A stretch of 60,973 nucleotides of DNA from an uncultured archaeon (GTDB taxonomy: Archaea > Aenigmatarchaeota > Aenigmatarchaeia > QMZP01), in NCBI GenBank assembly GCA_964353635.1, contig CAYGVS010000003.1, positions 1-60,973 of the forward strand, given 5' to 3'. The number at the start of each line of letters is the position of its first letter. Position 1 is the stretch's first letter. Below the pieces are notes generated by a model. It searched no databases, was not told the origin of the DNA, and worked only from the letters and a program-made list of their open reading frames with translations. The position numbers and the translations under genes were made by a program. Shown here piece by piece: positions 54,305 to 60,973 of this stretch.

Positions 54305-55200
54305 TTTCCCGGAAGGCTGTTGGGAGGCTTAATATAGTTTTCTTTGCAGCGGGATTGATACTCCTAGCCTCTCTTCTGATATGGACAGGACCGGAAAAGG
54401 TCCTTCAATCCTTACTTGCAGCGAACCCGATTTTTCTCCTCCTGGCATTGATCCCTCTTTTTTCAGCAATCTTCTTGAGGATCATAAAAACCTCGATCTA
54501 CTTTATGACTCTTGGGATATATTCCGGGATGAAGAACTCTGCCGCATTCACCTTGTCAGTGCAGTTCATGGGTTCGGTGAGCCCCTTCCGTTCTGGTGAG
54601 ATAATGACAGGGCTGGCTGTCGAGGAAGGGAAGAGACAGAAATCCACAAGCGTCGTCGTGATTGATAGATTCCTTGAAACACTGGCGACGCTGATTCTCA
54701 TTTTCGTATCAACGTTTTTCTTCAGCTCTGGTTTCATAGACCAATATAGGATCCTTCTCCTTATCGGGGCGGCATTCCTAATCCTTACGTTCGTAATCTA
54801 TTTTGGGGAAAGATTGTGGGGATTCAAGAAACATATAAGACAGTTCAGCACGACAAGGATGCTTATACTTCTAGGGTTAGCCATTGCAGGGACTTTTCTA
54901 GAGTCTTTCATACTATATTTCATCCTTCATGCTTTCTCCATTGACGTATCGGTTAGCACTGCAATCTTTCTGCAGCAGACCGCAAATGTCATAGCATTTG
55001 CGGCAAGCATACCAGGAGGAATCGGAAGTAGGGAGGCCTATCTTGTGGCAGTGCTTTCAGGAAGCGGTTTTGAAACCGCTGCAATACTCACAACAGAACT
55101 GACTTACAAGCTAATACTATGGCTGATTGTAATCCCGCTTGGGGCAATCTCATTCCTTTCCCTCAAAAACAAACCGAATTTGCGCGGCAATAGGAAATGA
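54301..55200 (+). CDS. UPF0104/LPG-synthase-TM-like membrane protein (second copy)
   Basis: Multi-TM protein with the same family pattern as 44730-45674. ATGA coupling. Confidence 0.55.
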   Translation: MISRKAVGRLNIVFFAAGLILLASLLIWTGPEKVLQSLLAANPIFLLLALIPLFSAIFLRIIKTSIYFMTLGIYSGMKNSAAFTLSVQFMGSVSPFRSGEIMTGLAVEEGKRQKSTSVVVIDRFLETLATLILIFVSTFFFSSGFIDQYRILLLIGAAFLILTFVIYFGERLWGFKKHIRQFSTTRMLILLGLAIAGTFLESFILYFILHAFSIDVSVSTAIFLQQTANVIAFAASIPGGIGSREAYLVAVLSGSGFETAAILTTELTYKLILWLIVIPLGAISFLSLKNKPNLRGNRK

Positions 55201-56664
55201 TTATTTTCCGCCCTTTGCGCCGAACCTGTAGCTGAGCAGGTTGTAGAATCCTTTGACTTTCCTTTTCATATCGGACAGGTCCCGCACAGTCATTATGTGG
55301 TGGGCCCATACATTTGGCCTCAAATAGAAGCTTTCGTACAATCCCTTGTCAACAAGATTTACAATCTGCTCCTTTGTAAGCCCTGGATATTCAATGACAG
55401 TGCATTGCTCCCCACCATCAACCCACTCTGTCCATCGCTTGGCTTTTATGAGATTGTTTCTCTGACAGTAATCGTAGAACTCCGTACCTGGATACGGGAT
55501 GAGCGCGGACACCTGGATGGTGTCACATGCGAGATTCTTGATCAACTGTATAGTTTTGTTTGCTGATTCCATAGTCTCCCCAGGCCCGCCTATCATGAAG
55601 CACCCGTGCAGCCTGAGTCCAGCCTTCTTCGCGACCTTTGAGAAGCGTTTCATGTTTTCTATGGTCTCCCCTTTCCTGACGGAATTCAGGACCTTCTGAT
55701 CGCCGAACTCGAACCCGACGACAAGCATCCTGAAATTGGCTTTTTTCATGAGACTGAATAACTCTGGATCAAAAATGTCAGCCCTCGAATTGCCTGAGAA
55801 CGACAGCTTTCTATGGAGGCCCCTGCGCATTATCTCTTCACATATCTCTCTGCATCTTTCCTTATTGGCAGTTAAGGTATCATCCTCGAACATGATCTCT
55901 TTCAAGTAAGGGAACATCTTGAGGTCATGCTCAATCTCATCCGCTATGCTTTCCGCGGACCTCAGCCTGTATTTCCTTCCGTAAAGGGTCTGCGGAAGCA
56001 GGCAAAACGAACAATAATTGGGGCAACCCCTTCCAGCAATGATTGTAAGAAATGGGTACAGCTTTCCGGCATCAAAATATTTCCTCGGGTCAATGTGGTG
56101 CCATGCCGGAAATGGAAGTTCATCGAGATTCTCAATGAAGGGCCTGTCAGGATTTTTCCTTATATAATTCCCCTTCCTGTATGTTATACCTAAGACACCT
56201 TCAAGTCCCTGATTCTTATCTATTGAAAAGGCTATATCCCTGAGAGTGTAATCGTATTCTCCTCTTGCAATCACATTAATTCCAGGATCTATTTTAAGTG
56301 TCTGCTCAGGTAGGGCAGAGACATGGCTTCCGATCAGGATTGTGAGTGGTTTTCCACCAAGCGTTTTTTTTAGCTCAGATGCCTGCTTAATATCGTTGTA
56401 GATGGAGGGCGTCGTTGCAGGGATGACTATCATATCTGGCTTAAATCGCAACGCTTTCCCTTTCACATCTTCGAATGGCATCTCCGTTGAGGCGCAGTCA
56501 AGAAACATCACCTTATTTCTGGATTTCTCAAGGACTGCGACAGCGACCAGTGCATAATCAGGAGCGCGCGAAACCCTCCCCCTCGTTCTTGCGAACCATC
56601 TCTGTTCCCTGACAAACCCTTTAACGCCGTAAAAAGCCGGATTAAGGAAGAATACCTTGGCCAT
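55201..56664 (-). CDS. B12-binding-domain radical SAM enzyme (second, diverged)
   Basis: VFFLNPAF...PDYALVAVAVLEKSRNKVMFLD, then AGRGCPNYCSFCLLP. Confidence 0.85.
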   Translation of the reverse strand: MAKVFFLNPAFYGVKGFVREQRWFARTRGRVSRAPDYALVAVAVLEKSRNKVMFLDCASTEMPFEDVKGKALRFKPDMIVIPATTPSIYNDIKQASELKKTLGGKPLTILIGSHVSALPEQTLKIDPGINVIARGEYDYTLRDIAFSIDKNQGLEGVLGITYRKGNYIRKNPDRPFIENLDELPFPAWHHIDPRKYFDAGKLYPFLTIIAGRGCPNYCSFCLLPQTLYGRKYRLRSAESIADEIEHDLKMFPYLKEIMFEDDTLTANKERCREICEEIMRRGLHRKLSFSGNSRADIFDPELFSLMKKANFRMLVVGFEFGDQKVLNSVRKGETIENMKRFSKVAKKAGLRLHGCFMIGGPGETMESANKTIQLIKNLACDTIQVSALIPYPGTEFYDYCQRNNLIKAKRWTEWVDGGEQCTVIEYPGLTKEQIVNLVDKGLYESFYLRPNVWAHHIMTVRDLSDMKRKVKGFYNLLSYRFGAKGGK

Positions 56665-56697
56665 ATACCAAATTAATGCGAATAGCTTATAAAATCG

Positions 56698-58296
56698 TTA
56701 GCTAAAGAACGACGCCTTCCTCTTGTATATGAAGACCCTGTTTCCAGGCCAATTCCCTTCCATGACCATCACCAAGTCGAAATCGTCCCTCCTGTCAATG
56801 ACGTCCTTGAGCTTGTAGCCCGCACCCTCTTCGCCATCCCAGTACTCGTGCACAATCACCCACTCTATCGCAGGCGGCGTCAGGTTGAACTTCTCGTATT
56901 CAGGCTTGTGTGGCCTTCTCATGTAATCCTTGCTGTCAAGCATTATCTTCAGCTCCTCTTCGCCCCCGTCGGCGACATAGGGCTGCCTCTCTATAATCAC
57001 GTTCTTGTCTCCGAAGACGACGAAAGGCACGGATTGCATCCTTGAGAAGTCGGAGAGGACAGTCGTCCTGTTCGTCATCCGCTCGCTTATGTAAATGGCC
57101 GGAGCCACGAAATCCGTGCTTGCTTGTGATATCCTTCTATCCAAGGAAAACCCGTAGGACGAGAGGACGGAGATTATAAACAGCACCACAATTATGGCAG
57201 GCACTACGCTGGATTTCCTGCTGTCGTATAACGTCTGCATTCCCCTGACAACTAGCACAGTCGCCAATGGAACCAATGCTGCAAGGTACCTGAACTGGAC
57301 ATTTGGTATTATATTAAAGAAGAGCGAATAGTAGATTATCACCACAGCCAGCGTTATCTCCCCTGTCACTTTTTTTGACTTCCACAGCCAGTAAAGGATG
57401 AAAAATAGCATGACATGCAAGCCGAAGACGTAGGCTATCGTGTTGCTGACGTTCGCCAGGATTCCCTGGACAGTGTAGCCACCGCCAAAGACGTCACCGA
57501 CCCTTTCCCCTAGCTTTGATATCCCCATGGTCATGAAGACGTATTCCATGAGCAGCCAGGGCGACAGTATTAAGAAGAAAATGGCGGTCGCCTTCAAGAG
57601 CGCCTTTTTTTCTTTCAGCAGAAGCCGTACCCTCCTCTCCAGCAGGAGCGAAAGGAAGACCATGGGTATGAAAATTACAAAAGTGAATTTTGTGATGATG
57701 CCGAGACCAAGTGAGGCCGCGGTCAGATAGAGGTCCTTTCTCTCCTCGAATTTCATGAACCTCACGACGAAAAACGCTGTGGCTGTCGCGAAGAGCATCA
57801 CCCCGGGGTCATGGCTGAATGAGGCAGACATTGTGAAAACAGACGCATTGAAAGCTATCAGAAGCATCACAAGCCAGAGAATCCATTCCCTTTTTTCCTT
57901 GTACAGCATCCTGTAAAAGTGGTACGCAATGAACATCGTGAGCACAGTCTCCGCCGCGGTTATAAGATAATACGCTATCTGACTCTTCCCCATGAAGAAC
58001 GCGACCATTGCCACAAGAACTGATTGCAGCGGCGGGTAGTAAGAGATCCCCCCGAAGAACTTGTACTGCAACTCATAGTCATGGACAAAGGATTTTACGG
58101 CCTCGAGTGAGAGTGTTGGGTGACTGAACCACCATTTCGCGATGTCATCGAAAAAATAAGCGCCCAGAGCATGGAAATACCCGTCACTCTCCGCTGATAT
58201 GAAGACGTCGGCATTGTTAGCTATAAATATGCAGATTATTGCTATGAAGAACAACAGCATGGCAAGCTTTTTGTCTACATTAATAGACTGTGACAT
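56698..58296 (-). CDS. Polytopic membrane glycosyltransferase, GT-C fold (ArnT/PMT_2-like) with C-terminal soluble domain
   Basis: More than 10 hydrophobic helices over ~370 aa, followed by a ~150-aa soluble tail. No WWDYG (AglB) motif seen. Confidence 0.5.
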   Translation of the reverse strand: MSQSINVDKKLAMLLFFIAIICIFIANNADVFISAESDGYFHALGAYFFDDIAKWWFSHPTLSLEAVKSFVHDYELQYKFFGGISYYPPLQSVLVAMVAFFMGKSQIAYYLITAAETVLTMFIAYHFYRMLYKEKREWILWLVMLLIAFNASVFTMSASFSHDPGVMLFATATAFFVVRFMKFEERKDLYLTAASLGLGIITKFTFVIFIPMVFLSLLLERRVRLLLKEKKALLKATAIFFLILSPWLLMEYVFMTMGISKLGERVGDVFGGGYTVQGILANVSNTIAYVFGLHVMLFFILYWLWKSKKVTGEITLAVVIIYYSLFFNIIPNVQFRYLAALVPLATVLVVRGMQTLYDSRKSSVVPAIIVVLFIISVLSSYGFSLDRRISQASTDFVAPAIYISERMTNRTTVLSDFSRMQSVPFVVFGDKNVIIERQPYVADGGEEELKIMLDSKDYMRRPHKPEYEKFNLTPPAIEWVIVHEYWDGEEGAGYKLKDVIDRRDDFDLVMVMEGNWPGNRVFIYKRKASFFS

Positions 58297-58337
58297 GATA
58301 TCACTTGACTCTGGAATATTTAAATTTTCATAAGCGA

Positions 58338-59780
58338 TTATGTCTTTTTATATATTCTGGCGAAATACCTGGAATCGGAGAATTCCTTTATTTGGGTGAA
58401 ATCGATTCCATGCTCCTTTTCATATTGGTCGAGGGATATGGAATACCAAAAGTTTGATTCGACTATTATGTCTGCCGTCTCGTTTGTGCCTACAACTTTT
58501 CGTTCCCCATAATACACAAGTGCTCCAGATGGCGCGCCAAGCGGGAGCACGGTTGTTACTGGCGGTGTGTTATCCCTTATCCACAACCCGGCTTCCTCGA
58601 ATATCTGCGTGTTATTTTCACTCAAATTTTCCTTGAAAATAAAGTATGAAATTCCGACTACAAGGACTGCCTGAAGCAAAATAAGCGAAATAGCTATAAG
58701 CTTCCTTTTATTCAAATTGGCTTCAATGAACCGCACGAACAAAAAGGCAAGCGGGAGGGCAAAAGGTATGAGGTACCTTGCTCCAAAATATGAAAAGCCA
58801 ATAATGTGGAATATAAAGAACGCGAAAAACCATATAATCATTAGGCCATCGTATTTGTTCTTACCAAACTTTTTCCGCTTCAGTAGGAAGTAAGCAAATG
58901 ATATTGCCATCAGGGGCGTTGCATAAATAATGAGGGTTGCAAGAATGCGTGCAAGATTGACTAACTGTATTGGCACATTGGTGTCTATGGATAAGGGAAT
59001 CATGTTAACCGGCTCCCCGTTATAAAAGAAGGACTCAAGCCTGAAAACAAGGTGCCCATATCCCAATCCTGAGAAAAACACGCCGGCGACCTTGGCTTCA
59101 TTTGAGGCCAGAGCGAACCTCCAGATGCTCCATGGAAGTAGGAAAATTATTATTAGCATGAAAAGAAACAAAATCTGCTTTACGCCTATTTTCAGTCTAT
59201 TTCTGCGGACCAAAAAATATATAATATATATAGGGAAGAGCAGATAGCCTGTGAACTTTGTCATTATTGCTAGGGCTGTTATGATTGCACAGATGAAAAT
59301 ATTCGACTTGCTCCCCTTTTCGATAAATTCAATATAGCTCCAGATTGACAGGAAAATCAATCCAGAAAAGATCAGGTCCATCAGAGGAAGAAGTGAATTA
59401 TAAAAGACCAAAGGGGTCATGAAAAGGAATATAGTTGAGAGCAGGGCCGTTCTCTTATTCCTAGAAATCCTCAATGTAAGCAAATAGGAGGATAATATGG
59501 CAAATGCTGCAATGAAAGCCAGCATGGGTTTTATGAAGCCCTCTCCGAAAGCCAGCATGAACCCAGCTTCAAGCAAAGGGAAAATTGGTGGGGTGGTGGG
59601 CTGTTGTTGGTAATTCGAGCAGAAGCATCCGCTCTTAAGTAGGTTCTTTGATATATCCGTATACAATGCATTATCATAAAGCAAAGGTTCTGCCGGAGAG
59701 AGAGCAAAAACCAAGACAGAAATTACTGTTGCAAAAAGGACGATCCATTTATGCTCCGAGACAAGCCTTTGGAAATCCAT
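58338..59780 (-). CDS. Polytopic membrane glycosyltransferase, GT-C fold (ArnT/PMT_2-like)
   Basis: The first loop, DNALYTDISKNLLKSGCF, resembles the D-x-x-x-Y loop of ArnT/PMT_2 proteins. Many TM helices. Soluble C-terminus. Confidence 0.55.
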   Translation of the reverse strand: MDFQRLVSEHKWIVLFATVISVLVFALSPAEPLLYDNALYTDISKNLLKSGCFCSNYQQQPTTPPIFPLLEAGFMLAFGEGFIKPMLAFIAAFAILSSYLLTLRISRNKRTALLSTIFLFMTPLVFYNSLLPLMDLIFSGLIFLSIWSYIEFIEKGSKSNIFICAIITALAIMTKFTGYLLFPIYIIYFLVRRNRLKIGVKQILFLFMLIIIFLLPWSIWRFALASNEAKVAGVFFSGLGYGHLVFRLESFFYNGEPVNMIPLSIDTNVPIQLVNLARILATLIIYATPLMAISFAYFLLKRKKFGKNKYDGLMIIWFFAFFIFHIIGFSYFGARYLIPFALPLAFLFVRFIEANLNKRKLIAISLILLQAVLVVGISYFIFKENLSENNTQIFEEAGLWIRDNTPPVTTVLPLGAPSGALVYYGERKVVGTNETADIIVESNFWYSISLDQYEKEHGIDFTQIKEFSDSRYFARIYKKT

Positions 59781-59877
59781 ACTGTTAATATGCCAAAGGG
59801 ATAAAAAGGCTTAGCACTGCCTGCCTGTTTTTAAGTTTTGCTCCATATAATAAGGATGACGCTGGGAGCTTGATAAT

Positions 59878-60885
59878 ATGGGATGGGAAGATACAAGGGT
59901 GCTGGTGACCGGAGCAACAGGCTTCCTGGGCTCGTGGCTGACCGAAAGGCTTGTTAAAGAAGGTGCTATAGTTACGGTTCTCGTACAGGATAAGTGTACT
60001 CGAAGGCAGGTTCTGGATCATATTTCAGGAAAACTCAAGGTGATTCATGGGGATATAAGGGATGGCAAGGCAGTTTCTGACTCCTTGGATAGCCAGGAAG
60101 TGGTATTCCACCTTGCGGCAATAACCCAGGTAATATATGCAATTAGGAACCCTATTGAGACTTTCGAGGTCAACCTGACAGGGACGCTCAACATCCTTGA
60201 GGCCCTGAGGAAGAAGGAGCAGGAATCGTTCCTAGTCTACATGAGCACGGACAAGGTCTATGGTGAGCCTTCGAGGCTACCTATAGAGGCTGACGACCCG
60301 CTTTCTGCAAAGAGCCCGTATGATGCGAGCAAGCTTGCCGCTGACAGGGCTTGCTACAGCTTCCACAAGACCTACGGGACAAAGGTCTCGATTGCAAGGA
60401 GCTCCAACATATATGGGGGAAGGGAGGCCAATGAGCTCAGGGCTGTCCCTGATTTCGTAAGGTCTCTCCTAAAATCAGAGCCTCCAATAATAAGGGGAAG
60501 CGGATTGCACGAAAGGGATTATGTCTACGCGGAGGATGTTGCAGACGGACTACTGAAGATAGCAGAGAACCATAAGAAGACCAACGGCCAAGCGTTTGTC
60601 TTCGGAACTGGAAGACCGATCTCTGTAAAGGATCTGGCCAGCTTATGCATCAAGGTTTCCGGAATCAGGATGGAACCAAAGGTCCTGGGGAAACTCACCC
60701 CAGGCGAAATAGACAGGCAATACATATCATACAGGAAGGCCCAGGAAACATTCGGTTGGCAGCCTAAAGTGAGGCTTGAGGAAGGCCTTGCAAGGACCTT
60801 CAACTGGTATAGGGAGAATCCATGGATCGAACAAGTGATAAAGAGTACGTCGGAACGCTACAAAATAAGCTCTTTGGTCTCATGA
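59878..60885 (+). CDS. NDP-sugar dehydratase/epimerase (extended SDR, CDP-glucose-4,6-dehydratase-like)
   Basis: VLVTGATGFLGSWL, STDKVYG, YDASKLAAD (YxxxK). Confidence 0.75.
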   Translation: MGWEDTRVLVTGATGFLGSWLTERLVKEGAIVTVLVQDKCTRRQVLDHISGKLKVIHGDIRDGKAVSDSLDSQEVVFHLAAITQVIYAIRNPIETFEVNLTGTLNILEALRKKEQESFLVYMSTDKVYGEPSRLPIEADDPLSAKSPYDASKLAADRACYSFHKTYGTKVSIARSSNIYGGREANELRAVPDFVRSLLKSEPPIIRGSGLHERDYVYAEDVADGLLKIAENHKKTNGQAFVFGTGRPISVKDLASLCIKVSGIRMEPKVLGKLTPGEIDRQYISYRKAQETFGWQPKVRLEEGLARTFNWYRENPWIEQVIKSTSERYKISSLVS

Positions 60886-60973
60886 TTCCTCCTATTCCAT
60901 TCGACCGTATATCATTTTTATTATAGATAAAAGACTTTAACAGTCTGGTTTCTTTAAGTTTTGCCTCATATAA

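Overview
The window is archaeal. It carries TFB, a thermosome, Rpo4/RpoF, L21e, Pus10, XPF and a Hef-type helicase, class III (prepilin) signal peptides, TTTAWATA-type TATA boxes and GAGGTG Shine-Dalgarno motifs. Lineage cannot be fixed by eye. The small split genes, multi-intron tRNA and huge surface proteins would fit a DPANN-like or similar small archaeon, but that is inference. There are three blocks. (1) 0.5-23 kb is a cell-surface island. It holds a 2051-aa secreted giant coupled to a membrane-anchored partner, then an operon of seven consecutive pilin-like genes running into a 1530-aa cysteine-rich protein. After that come a HEPN/nucleotidyltransferase cassette flanked by a diverged 222-bp duplication of a surface-protein gene start, and two more anchored surface proteins. 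(2) 23-41.6 kb is housekeeping: tRNA-binding protein, XPF, pyrG, mscL, orphan porD, Hef helicase, TFB, thermosome, one tRNA apparently interrupted by three introns, CBS, DUF655, rpoF, rpl21e, tandem Pus10 paralogs, orphan porA and a second small pilin-like pair. (3) 41.7-60.9 kb is a glycan-biosynthesis cluster with a Ugd/UXS UDP-xylose route, GT2/GT4/GT-C transferases, two UPF0104 proteins, four SDR enzymes, two B12-radical-SAM enzymes and a methyltransferase. The best leads are four: the pilin-like operon with its giant Cys-rich partner and no assembly machinery in sight; the Pus10-N-terminus::nucleotidyltransferase chimera sharing a 399-bp near-identical tract with intact pus10; the three-intron tRNA; and a family of GAAG..CTTC hairpins showing compensatory changes. 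All calls come from reading the sequence and ORF translations. No database search was run.
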